Shown here: in pieces, positions 53,927-63,003 of the stretch
Position numbering within the stretch: position 1 is the first letter of the stretch
Layout: every line of letters starts with the position of its first letter
NCBI GenBank assembly: GCA_038153605.1
Contig: JAYOYS010000001.1
Span: 57,527 to 121,526, forward strand
Origin: Flavobacteriaceae bacterium
GTDB lineage: Bacteria > Bacteroidota > Bacteroidia > Flavobacteriales > Flavobacteriaceae
Reading direction: 5' to 3'
Length of the DNA: 64,000 nt
Position numbers and translations under genes: made by a program
Notes under the pieces: model-generated
Told to the model about the DNA's origin: nothing
The model's database searches: none
Seen by the model: the letters and a program-made list of their open reading frames with translations, nothing else

Positions 53927-55486
53927 TTAGTATCCAGGATTCTGAACTAAGTTAGGGTTTGATAATAGAGCATTTACCGGAATTGGGTAAAGTTTCCATG
54001 TATCATCACCAACTGAAGCTTCGTTTTTGAATTCCCAAGCTCTTGTGAATTGTCCGAAACGCAACATGTCGTTTCTTCTCCAGAACTCAACGTATAATTC
54101 ACGTCCACGCTCAGCCAATAGATCAGCATCAGACACACTTCCTAGTGGAGTAGCACCACGAAGGGTACGTAACTCATTCACTAATGGAGTGGCATTGCCG
54201 CCCATACGCATCATAGCCTCAGCCTTCATTAAGTGCGCATCCGCATAGCGGAAAACGATCTCATGTGAACGGAAAGATCCACCATCATCACCAGGGTGAT
54301 ACTTAATGATTCGGATACCCGTGGCCTCACCATTACCCGATAGACCAGGAAGTTCTTTGGTGAAAACAAGTGGGTTACCAGAACGATCTTTTAAGATGGT
54401 TCCATCTTCTTCGTACTGCTGACCAACTAAGAAACCATAACCGATACCTAAGTTTTGAGAGTCAGCGTCATTAGCACCAGGCACCCATCCACGACGCTCT
54501 TCTTGTCCAGATCCAGCAGCGTTGCCCTCTGGTCCTTCGAAGCTGTCGTAAAATTCAGCCAAAGTAGTGAATCCGTTCCATCCTCCACCTGAGTTGTCAG
54601 GAGAGTTTTGGTTGTAGTGAAGACCATTCCAAATACGGTTTCCTACACCAGCTTTGGCATACCAAATGGTTTCAGAATCTGGAACATCTTGTTTGAAAAT
54701 ATCAAAGTAACCAGCTTGTAGCGCATAACCTTCAGCCGCAATTGCATCTACGTGATCTACAACAGCCTGGTAGTTAGGCTGAGATCCAGTGTAACGCTCA
54801 GAGTTCAACATAACCTTAGCCAACATAAAGTGACCAGCGGCACGGTTTGCTCTGGAGTGACCTTCTTCAGATGGACCAGGGCCTGCCATTGGCAAGTTTG
54901 GTAACGCTGTTTCTAGATCGTTTACGATGAAGTTATAAGCCTCAGAAGCTGAAAACACAGATGGGTTAACATCTGAAGCATCTGTTGGCTGACGGAAAGG
55001 TGCTACACCATAAAGGTCCAACACAAAATACATACTGAACGCACGTAAGAAACGGGCTTGAGCTTCTTGTTCTGCATTAGGCGCACTCAATGGATCTAGG
55101 ATCTGAGAAGCGCGCAAAACATTTTGGTTCAAGTTGTTCCAAGTGTTTAACACAAATTGGTGTGTAGGACTCCAAGTGTGTGCATGAAGCGTTCTCCAGA
55201 TTCCATTATCCCCCCAGTCTGTACCACGAGTTGGTACTAGGGTTTCGTCTGTTGATACTTCATTCAAGGCAAAGAAATTCCCTTGATCACCAAGTTGTCC
55301 GTAGGTGTCATTATATAGGTTAGTAATTGATGCATCTACATCAGCTACTCCTTCGAATACTGTAGAACCTTCAGCGATGATAGAATCAGATTCTTCAATC
55401 GCTAAGTCTGTACAGGAAACGGTCAATAAAGATAGAAACGCAGTTGCTAGAACAGGCTTCATGAATTTTATCATGTTTCTTTTCAT
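53927..55486 (-). CDS. susD: SusD/RagB family nutrient-binding outer-membrane lipoprotein
   Basis: Lipobox LLTVSC, TPR-like SusD sequence, located immediately downstream of the SusC-type gene. Confidence 0.88.
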   Translation of the reverse strand: MKRNMIKFMKPVLATAFLSLLTVSCTDLAIEESDSIIAEGSTVFEGVADVDASITNLYNDTYGQLGDQGNFFALNEVSTDETLVPTRGTDWGDNGIWRTLHAHTWSPTHQFVLNTWNNLNQNVLRASQILDPLSAPNAEQEAQARFLRAFSMYFVLDLYGVAPFRQPTDASDVNPSVFSASEAYNFIVNDLETALPNLPMAGPGPSEEGHSRANRAAGHFMLAKVMLNSERYTGSQPNYQAVVDHVDAIAAEGYALQAGYFDIFKQDVPDSETIWYAKAGVGNRIWNGLHYNQNSPDNSGGGWNGFTTLAEFYDSFEGPEGNAAGSGQEERRGWVPGANDADSQNLGIGYGFLVGQQYEEDGTILKDRSGNPLVFTKELPGLSGNGEATGIRIIKYHPGDDGGSFRSHEIVFRYADAHLMKAEAMMRMGGNATPLVNELRTLRGATPLGSVSDADLLAERGRELYVEFWRRNDMLRFGQFTRAWEFKNEASVGDDTWKLYPIPVNALLSNPNLVQNPGY

Positions 55487-55496
55487 AATTTATTTT

Positions 55497-58400
55497 TTAA
55501 AATTTAGCGTTAAGTCCAAAAGTAAATGTTCTCGGTCTTGGGTATGATGCGTAATCGATACCAAATACTGGAAGACCATTCAACAAGTCTCCACCTGAAG
55601 GCGAGCTGCTAACTTCAGGATCTAAACCTGAATAATCTGTGATAACAAATAGGTTTTGTCCTGTTACAGAGAACACTAATGACGAGAAGAATTCATCGCC
55701 AGATAGTGGCCAGTTATAACTTACAGTAGCGTTCTGGAAACGAACGAAATCACCACTCTCTAAGAAACGAGTTGAAACGTCTGCTGCAGCATCAAATGAT
55801 TCACCAGCGGTAAGTACGTCTGAAGTCACGTTACGTCCACCACGGAATGCACCTGCTGTGAAGAAAGCGTTAGCCGTGTTGTTGTAGATATAGTGACCAA
55901 ACTGTCCTGAGAAGTAAGCTGAAGCTGTCCAACGCTTGTAGCTCAATGAAGTTGAAAGACCTCCAGTTAGGTTTGGCAATGCGCTTTTACCTACGAAGTC
56001 TTGAACGTCAGTTTGAACTGGTTGTCCAGTTGCAGGATCAAATCCTTCAAATTCACGCAAGAAGTAAGAGAACAATGGTTCACCAGCTTTTAGCTTTTGA
56101 GCGAAAGCCAATGAAAGACCTTGTCCACGAATAGTACCTGCATCGAATTCTCCTTGTAATTCTTCAACCATGTTATCGTTATAAGCCGCGTTCAAGGTGG
56201 CATTCCAAGTCAAATCATCACTTGAGATTAGGTCATAGCCTAAACTCAATTCAAAACCTTGGTTCACCACTTTAGAATCAGGCAAGTTCAAGAACAAGAA
56301 TGGTTGTACTGAAGGCTGAGCCGCCAATACGTTGAATAATAGGTCAGAAGTCTCTTTACGGTATACATCAACACTACCGTTGAAACGGTCATTGTTGAAA
56401 CCGAAGTCAAGACCTGCTGCATATTGCATAGTTTCTTCCCACTTAAGTGCTGGGTTTGGATAAGAAACGTCTACGATACCAGGAATATTGATGTTACCAC
56501 CATCATCTGGTCCTCCACCAGCATAACGCTGTCTTTGTGTAAAGTTACCATATCCAAGACCTTCTTGGTTACCAGTGATACCCGCACCTAAACGAAGTTT
56601 CAAAGTAGAGATGTTGTCGCCTACGAAGTCTTCGTTGTGTAATTTCCAAGCAAAAGCTCCTGAAGGGAAGTATCCGTACTGATTGTCCTCACCAAAACGA
56701 GAAGAACCGTCTGCACGAACTGTTGCTGTGAATAAATACTTGTCATTGATTGAGTAATTCACACGACCAAAGTAAGATTGTAACTCGTCAGTATTGTCGT
56801 AAGTATCAACAAAAATCGATTTTACACTTAGATTGTTAAGGTCAGTAATCACGTCTGTAGTTGGTTCTGGGAACAAACGGTTAACGAAAATACCGCCAGT
56901 GTTTCCGGCAAAACCGTACTGCTGATAGTCACCAGTGATCTTTGCTTCGATAGCATTAGCGGTGCTTTCAATAGCATCACCCATTTCGTCCATGTTTTCG
57001 GTAAAGAATCCCCAAGCGTTAGCGGTACGACCGTTACGGTTGAAATTCTGATAAGAATAACCAGCCAAGATGTCAAGGCTAGAATTTCCGAAATCTTTAG
57101 AGTAGTTTAAGGTGGCCTCTAATAGTTCACTGCTTGTGTTTAGATCACTCAAGATTCCACGTCCATTTCCAAAAGCACCAGCACCAAAGTTACGAGCGTT
57201 TGGCGAAGAAACTCCGATTCTAGTCGATTCTGATTCATCTAGACCAATATTAACTCTTGCAGAAAGGTCAGAAGTCAAAGCGTATTCTGCGGATACATTA
57301 ACCAACATACGGTTAGTGTTTGCAGTGTTTTGATAGTAATCTAACATTGTTGCTGGAGACAATAAACCTCCAGTTCCATCGAAGTCAGGTGAAGTTGGCC
57401 AAGTTGGGTTAGCTGAGTATGCCGCACCAAGTAAGTCTCCACGGAAACCAGCACTAGCAGCGGTAGCAGCACCTTCATCATTCACACGAGAAAGTGTTGA
57501 TTGAACTCCAATCTTCAATTTATCGTTCAAGAATCTTTGATTCCAGTTAATACGACCAGTGATACGCTCCAAAGAGGTATTCTCAACAACACCAAAGTTC
57601 TTGCTGTAACCAAAGGTCGCACGCAGGTTACCTGATCCATAATTGTTAGAATAAGCTAAGTCGTTGTTGGTCGAAGTCGATGTTCTAAAAATGTAATCTT
57701 GCCAGTTTGTATTTGACCCGAAATCACGCTCCTCAACATTGAAACCAAAATCAGCGGCACGGCTCAAATATTTTTCAGCAGACAATAAGTCAAAAGTCTT
57801 TGCTACTGAAGCTACAGCCATGCTAGATGAATACTCCCATGAAGATCCTCGTGCTCCTTTACCAGATTTAGTGGTAATGAAAACAACTCCATTCGCACCA
57901 CGTGAACCATAAATGGCAGCAGCAGATGCATCTTTCAAAATACTGATACTTTCAATATCGTTAGGGTTGATAAAAGCTAATGGGTTTTTGGCAGAGTTTG
58001 ATCCGATCCCAGTATTCGCAGTTTCAGCTGAAGTATTACCTCCTGACAACGGAATACCATCCACTACAAAAAGTGGATTGTTGTTAGATCGAACAGAAGC
58101 TGCTCCACGAATACGGATATCGATGCCCGCTCCTGGCTCACCATTGCTCTGAGAAATCTGAACCCCGGCTGTTTTACCCTGGATCAATTGCTCAGGTGAA
58201 GTGATAACCCCTTGGTTAAAGTCTTCGGCAGTTACTGCTGTTACGGAACCGGTTGCATCTTGAACCGTTGTAGTACCGTAACCAATAACCACAACTTCAG
58301 CCAATGCTTGAGCGTCTTCTGCTAGCATTACGTCGACTGTCGACTGGCCATTCACGGCAACTTCTTGGGTTGCATAGCCAATATAACTGAAGACCAAAGT

Positions 58401-58610
58401 GGCGTCATTAGCGACGTCGCTGATGGAATAGTTACCGTCGAAATCAGTTTGTGCTCCAGAAGAAGTTCCTTGCACCACAACATTTACTCCGGGAACAGGA
58501 CCATTTGCATCGGTGACCGTTCCACTAACAGTCATCTGCGCAAATGCGGTACTTCCCATGAGTAAAATCACAGGGAGCAACAAAAGTTTAGTTAGTAGTT
58601 TGTTTTTCAT
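55497..58610 (-). CDS. susC: SusC/RagA family TonB-linked outer-membrane transporter
   Basis: 1037 aa. N-terminal carboxypeptidase-D-regulatory-like domain (VSGTVTDANGPVPGVNVVV), plug (SILKDASAAAIYGSRGANGVV), a large barrel, and a C-terminal ...GLNAKF. Confidence 0.92.
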   Translation of the reverse strand: MKNKLLTKLLLLPVILLMGSTAFAQMTVSGTVTDANGPVPGVNVVVQGTSSGAQTDFDGNYSISDVANDATLVFSYIGYATQEVAVNGQSTVDVMLAEDAQALAEVVVIGYGTTTVQDATGSVTAVTAEDFNQGVITSPEQLIQGKTAGVQISQSNGEPGAGIDIRIRGAASVRSNNNPLFVVDGIPLSGGNTSAETANTGIGSNSAKNPLAFINPNDIESISILKDASAAAIYGSRGANGVVFITTKSGKGARGSSWEYSSSMAVASVAKTFDLLSAEKYLSRAADFGFNVEERDFGSNTNWQDYIFRTSTSTNNDLAYSNNYGSGNLRATFGYSKNFGVVENTSLERITGRINWNQRFLNDKLKIGVQSTLSRVNDEGAATAASAGFRGDLLGAAYSANPTWPTSPDFDGTGGLLSPATMLDYYQNTANTNRMLVNVSAEYALTSDLSARVNIGLDESESTRIGVSSPNARNFGAGAFGNGRGILSDLNTSSELLEATLNYSKDFGNSSLDILAGYSYQNFNRNGRTANAWGFFTENMDEMGDAIESTANAIEAKITGDYQQYGFAGNTGGIFVNRLFPEPTTDVITDLNNLSVKSIFVDTYDNTDELQSYFGRVNYSINDKYLFTATVRADGSSRFGEDNQYGYFPSGAFAWKLHNEDFVGDNISTLKLRLGAGITGNQEGLGYGNFTQRQRYAGGGPDDGGNINIPGIVDVSYPNPALKWEETMQYAAGLDFGFNNDRFNGSVDVYRKETSDLLFNVLAAQPSVQPFLFLNLPDSKVVNQGFELSLGYDLISSDDLTWNATLNAAYNDNMVEELQGEFDAGTIRGQGLSLAFAQKLKAGEPLFSYFLREFEGFDPATGQPVQTDVQDFVGKSALPNLTGGLSTSLSYKRWTASAYFSGQFGHYIYNNTANAFFTAGAFRGGRNVTSDVLTAGESFDAAADVSTRFLESGDFVRFQNATVSYNWPLSGDEFFSSLVFSVTGQNLFVITDYSGLDPEVSSSPSGGDLLNGLPVFGIDYASYPRPRTFTFGLNAKF

Positions 58611-58984
58611 ATAATTCTCGGTTTTAGGTTAATTTACTTGTTAATCAGTCGTTTTCAAATATTACAAATACAAAGAGAGGCATTCAAACCGCAGGAATGC
58701 CGCAAATTGCGGTGAAATATACAATTTTTTTATCATATGATATAGCTTTTTTTCCTTTGGAAGTGAAACCAATCCCCGATAGCGCTAATTCTGTTTGATG
58801 TTCAGCACTTTGACTGAAGCGAAATCGACAGGGGATTGATTTCAATGCTTTTCCAAAGTACCGCACCATGTTTGACTTAAATGCTTCCATGATTACGGCT
58901 TAAGAAATAACCATATTAAGGTCCAATTTCTATCTTTTTTTTGAAAAATGAAGCGAATACAGCACAAATTGTCAATTTTGAATG

Positions 58985-58998
58985 CGAAATCGTTTTCG
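58985..58998. promoter_or_regulatory. LacI-type operator candidate CGAAATCGTTTTCG (second copy)
   Basis: Identical 14-mer to 41442-41455. It lies 76 nt upstream of the lacI-family ATG, inside the larger symmetric element AAATCG-N10-CGATTT. Confidence 0.45.
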
Positions 58999-59042
58999 TT
59001 TTCGATTTTGTTGAAATAACTTGCAGCCATTGTTAGGAATAT

Positions 59043-59050
59043 TATATTTT
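59043..59050 (+). promoter_or_regulatory. possible -7 box TATATTTT for the LacI-family gene
   Basis: 7/8 match to TAnnTTTG, 24 nt upstream of the ATG. Confidence 0.35.
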
Positions 59051-59073
59051 TCCACCATTTCACAAGTGTCCAT

Positions 59074-60096
59074 ATGAAAGAGGTTACCTTAAAACAAATT
59101 GCTGAAAACCTGGGGATATCGGTAACTACGGTATCCAAGGCGTTGAAGGACTACAAAGACGTAAGTAAAGAAACAAAGGCGTTAGTTCGGGCCGAAGCCA
59201 AGGCATTGAATTACAAGCCTAATGTATTTGCGGTAAATTTACGCACCAAGGAATCTAAAACCGTGGGCTTGATTATCCCTGAGGTAGTCCATCACTTTTT
59301 TTCGAGTGTGATTAACGGAATCATCAATGAAGCAGAAAAGCATGGTTACCTCGTGATTATTTTACAATCAAATGAATCTGAAGAATTAGAGCGCAAACAG
59401 GTCGATTTATTACTCAGTAAGCGAGTTGATGGGATCATGATGTCCTTGGCCAATACCACTGTTTCTGTCGATCACATTGCGGCGATAAAAAAGGTGAATA
59501 CACCGCTAGTGATGTTTGACAAGATTTCAAAATTGATTTCCTGTTCAAAAGTGGTCATAGACGACCGACAGGCTGCCTACGAAGCGACAAAATTTTTAAT
59601 TGACAAAGGCTGCAAGCGCATCGCACATTTTCGCGGAGCGCTTTTGCCTCAAAACAGTATTGATCGCTTTTTGGGTTATAAAAAGGCTCTGGAGGATCAC
59701 GGTTTGACTTTTGATCCGAAATTAGTGTACAAATGTGAAAAAGTAGATTATGATGATGGCAGGGCAGCGGCAAAACAACTTTTGGCCGACGGGTATAAAA
59801 TTGATGGACTTTTTGCCATTACAGATATGGCCGCAACTGGAGCTTTGACTGTCTTCAAAGAAAATGGAATACGAGTCCCTGAGGATATTGCCATTATGGG
59901 ATTCAGCAATTGGTTTTTATCTCAAGCCATAACCCCAGCACTGAGTACAGTAGATCAACCAGGTTTGAAAATGGGGCGCGAGACCTTTAAGTTATTGCGC
60001 AAAGAGATGGCCGCCAAAAAACAAGGGGTCAACTTTTCACCTGTCACTAAAATACTTGGGACTAAAGTTATTGAACGTGACTCTACACCAAAATAA
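59074..60096 (+). CDS. LacI-family transcriptional regulator
   Basis: N-terminal HTH VTLKQIAENLGISVTTVSKAL plus a periplasmic-binding-protein-like sugar-binding core. Confidence 0.93.
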   Translation: MKEVTLKQIAENLGISVTTVSKALKDYKDVSKETKALVRAEAKALNYKPNVFAVNLRTKESKTVGLIIPEVVHHFFSSVINGIINEAEKHGYLVIILQSNESEELERKQVDLLLSKRVDGIMMSLANTTVSVDHIAAIKKVNTPLVMFDKISKLISCSKVVIDDRQAAYEATKFLIDKGCKRIAHFRGALLPQNSIDRFLGYKKALEDHGLTFDPKLVYKCEKVDYDDGRAAAKQLLADGYKIDGLFAITDMAATGALTVFKENGIRVPEDIAIMGFSNWFLSQAITPALSTVDQPGLKMGRETFKLLRKEMAAKKQGVNFSPVTKILGTKVIERDSTPK

Positions 60097-60099
60097 TGC

Positions 60100-60107
60100 T
60101 ATATTTA
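60100..60107 (+). promoter_or_regulatory. possible -7 box TATATTTA for the GH32 operon
   Basis: 7/8 match to TAnnTTTG, 28 nt upstream of the GH32 ATG. The spacing is the same as at the exact-match promoters. Confidence 0.4.
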
Positions 60108-60134
60108 ACCTGACCAATAAATTAGCAACCATAT

Positions 60135-61658
60135 ATGCGCCTTTTCCTTGGCTTGTTCATTTTTTTAATGGTGATTCCTTCAGGGTGTATAGAGCCTTTG
60201 ATTAAACCAATTGATCAAAATTCAGCGCATTATATAGAAATTTACCGACCACAATATCATTTTTCCCCAAAATCCAATTGGATGAATGATCCGAATGGCC
60301 TTGTATTTCACCAGGGTCGTTATCATCTATTCTTTCAGTATTATCCCGATAGCACGGTTTGGGGTCCCATGCATTGGGGGCATGCCACAAGTAAAGATTT
60401 AACCCATTGGACTCACTTGCCGGTTGCTCTTTATCCAGATTCGCTCGGGTATATTTTTTCGGGTAGTGCAGTGATGGATTATAAGAATACCTCGGGATTC
60501 GGCACAGAGGATAATCCGGCCATGGTTGCTGTATTTACTTATCATAATATGGACGGAGAACGAGCGGGTCGAACAGATTATCAGACTCAAGGTATTGCCT
60601 TTAGCTTAGATCAAGGGATGATTTGGCAGAAATACAAGCAGAACCCAGTAATTGATAACCCAGGAATTAAGGATTTTAGAGACCCTAAGGTATTTTGGCA
60701 TGAGCCGACTCAAAAATGGATTTTGGTTCTTGTGGCTGGTGATCACGCACAAATATATCATTCCAGTAACTTGATCGATTGGGAATTTTCAAGCAGTTTT
60801 GGTCAAGATCGCGGGGCTCATGGTGGGGTTTGGGAATGTCCGGATTTATTTCCGCTGACCACAGGGCAAGGCACTCAAAAATGGATTCTCAGTGTAAGTA
60901 TAAATCCGGGGGGACCTAATGGGGGTTCGGCGACACAATATTTTGTCGGTGAATTTGATGGAACTCGCTTTTCAACAGAACAAGAGGATATTAAATGGCT
61001 CGATCAAGGCCGCGATAATTATGCAGGGGTAACGTATAACGATGCACCCAATAATGAGCGTGTACTAGTAGGTTGGATGAGCAATTGGGATTACGCGCAA
61101 GTGACCCCTACTGCTCCTTGGCGTAGTGCCATGACCCTGCCTCGGCGACTGGATTTGAAAGTTGAGGATTCCAACTATTTTTTAGTGCAAAAACCGCTAG
61201 TAGATTCTGCGCTAATTGCTAAGACCATACAAATTGATCCTGTCACCTTAAATGATGGAATGGGCCTGCCGGTAGAAAGGAGTCAAATTCAGTTTGCGGT
61301 AGATTTAAGTCAAAATACTGTATTTGAGCTGTATAATAAGCAAGAGCGATTTGTTTTTACAATCCAAGGCTCCACAGGGCAAATGATTGTCGATCGGCGC
61401 AATTCAGGTCAAATTAATTTCTCGGAGAAATTTGCCCCTGGCCTTCAGCAAGTGCAATATGTGCCTCAAGAGCGTACTGCCGAGGTCGCTGTTTTTTGTG
61501 ACACATCCTCTATAGAAATATTTGTCGATTCAGGACGCTATGTATTCACGAATCAAGTTTTTCCTGTGCAACCGTACACCCATTTGAAGATAACAGCCGA
61601 TGGGCCTTTATCTGATAACTTAATATTTACAGAACTCAATTCCATTTGGCATGAATAA
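60135..61658 (+). CDS. glycoside hydrolase family 32 (beta-fructofuranosidase/fructan hydrolase), lipoprotein
   Basis: Lipobox VIPSGC. WMNDPNG nucleophile motif, FRDPKV (RDP) and WECPDL (EC acid/base). Confidence 0.95.
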   Translation: MRLFLGLFIFLMVIPSGCIEPLIKPIDQNSAHYIEIYRPQYHFSPKSNWMNDPNGLVFHQGRYHLFFQYYPDSTVWGPMHWGHATSKDLTHWTHLPVALYPDSLGYIFSGSAVMDYKNTSGFGTEDNPAMVAVFTYHNMDGERAGRTDYQTQGIAFSLDQGMIWQKYKQNPVIDNPGIKDFRDPKVFWHEPTQKWILVLVAGDHAQIYHSSNLIDWEFSSSFGQDRGAHGGVWECPDLFPLTTGQGTQKWILSVSINPGGPNGGSATQYFVGEFDGTRFSTEQEDIKWLDQGRDNYAGVTYNDAPNNERVLVGWMSNWDYAQVTPTAPWRSAMTLPRRLDLKVEDSNYFLVQKPLVDSALIAKTIQIDPVTLNDGMGLPVERSQIQFAVDLSQNTVFELYNKQERFVFTIQGSTGQMIVDRRNSGQINFSEKFAPGLQQVQYVPQERTAEVAVFCDTSSIEIFVDSGRYVFTNQVFPVQPYTHLKITADGPLSDNLIFTELNSIWHE

Positions 61659-63003
61659 TAAAGTATTAGTTTTTTCAATAACAGTAGCCCTTGCAGGATT
61701 TCTATTTGGTTTCGATACGGTAGTGATCAGTGGGGCGAACAAGCCACTTCAAGAGCTATGGGCGCTTTCGCCTTTTATGCACGGGACCTTTATCATGAGT
61801 ATGGCCCTTTGGGGAACTGTTTTAGGATCGCTCATGGGAGGAATCCCCACGCAAATCTTGGGGCGTAAAAAAACATTATTTTGGATTGGCGTTTTATTTT
61901 TTGTTTCCGCTTTGGGCAGTGCTCTAGTGTCTGATCCGTATTTATTTTCGTTTTTTCGATTTATCGGGGGTATTGGTGTTGGGATCTCCTCGGTGGCAGC
62001 CCCAATCTACATTTCTGAGATTACCTCTTCAGACAAAAGGGGTCAGCTTGGCGGGCTTTATCAATTCTGTTTGGTATTTGGAATTTTGGTCGCCTTTATT
62101 TCGAACTGGGCTTTGAAGGGCTTTGACGGGGCGAATGACTGGCGGTGGATGCTCGGTGTTGAGGCTATCCCAGCATTGGCTTACACCCTCATGGTTTTAA
62201 AAGTGCCGCACAGTCCTCGTTGGCTTGTATTACAGAAAGGTGACGATCAACAGGCCTTGAATATTTTAACTATTATTTATCAGAAAATAGAGGTCGCCAA
62301 AAAGCATTTAGCCGAAATTAAATTAGACCGCCAAGAATCTGTGGGCCAAGAACGTTTATTCCAAAAGAAATATAAAAAAGTATTGTATTTAGGGTTTTTG
62401 ATTGCCTTTTTTAATCAGTTATCGGGGATAAATTTTGTGCTTTATTACGCCCCCCAGATTTTAGAGCAGGCCGGATTAGGGGGCAGTGATTCTCTATTCA
62501 ATTCCATAGCCATTGGTATTGTCAATTTAATCTTTACCCTAATTGGTGTTCGATTAATTGATAGACTTGGTCGTCGTCAACTGATTATCATCGGTTCTTT
62601 GGGTTATATCTTGAGCCTAATCATGGTCGGGATTTGTTTTCAGTTTGCTCTAAGCTCTACTTTGCTACTGACGTTTATTTGTTTATTTGTTGCGGCTCAT
62701 GCCATCGGTCAAGGGGCTGTGATTTGGGTCTTTATTTCAGAAATTTTCCCTAATCGTGTAAGGTCCTATGGTCAAAGTTGGGGTACCGGGACTCATTGGG
62801 TTTTTGCCGCAATTATTACCATGATTACTCCTTATTTCATTGATGACAAAGCAGGATTATTTCGCAATAATTTGGAGGTGATTTATTATTTCTTTGCTTT
62901 TATGATGATACTGCAGTTGCTCTGGGCTTTACTGAAAATGCCTGAGACCAAAGGTATTTCTCTCGAAGATCTAGAAAAGAAATTAGTGGACAATGACAGC
63001 TGA
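61651..63003 (+). CDS. sugar-porter family MFS transporter
   Basis: GRKKTLF, PHSPRWL, PETKG signatures and 12 TM segments. 8-nt overlap with GH32. Confidence 0.92.
   Translation: MNNKVLVFSITVALAGFLFGFDTVVISGANKPLQELWALSPFMHGTFIMSMALWGTVLGSLMGGIPTQILGRKKTLFWIGVLFFVSALGSALVSDPYLFSFFRFIGGIGVGISSVAAPIYISEITSSDKRGQLGGLYQFCLVFGILVAFISNWALKGFDGANDWRWMLGVEAIPALAYTLMVLKVPHSPRWLVLQKGDDQQALNILTIIYQKIEVAKKHLAEIKLDRQESVGQERLFQKKYKKVLYLGFLIAFFNQLSGINFVLYYAPQILEQAGLGGSDSLFNSIAIGIVNLIFTLIGVRLIDRLGRRQLIIIGSLGYILSLIMVGICFQFALSSTLLLTFICLFVAAHAIGQGAVIWVFISEIFPNRVRSYGQSWGTGTHWVFAAIITMITPYFIDDKAGLFRNNLEVIYYFFAFMMILQLLWALLKMPETKGISLEDLEKKLVDNDS

Noticed and set aside
58649-58656. Operator half-site TCGTTTTC overlapping the candidate susC -7 box.
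   Set aside because: Only one half of the 14-mer is present; the other half matches at about 1 of 6 positions. A LacI dimer site is not supported. It is mentioned only as a possible weak auxiliary site.
58684-59138. Two minus-strand ORFs (68 and 81 aa) in the susC-lacI intergenic region.
   Set aside because: No promoter box, ribosome-binding context or recognisable domain. The second overlaps the LacI-family start. The region is more plausibly regulatory DNA or RNA.
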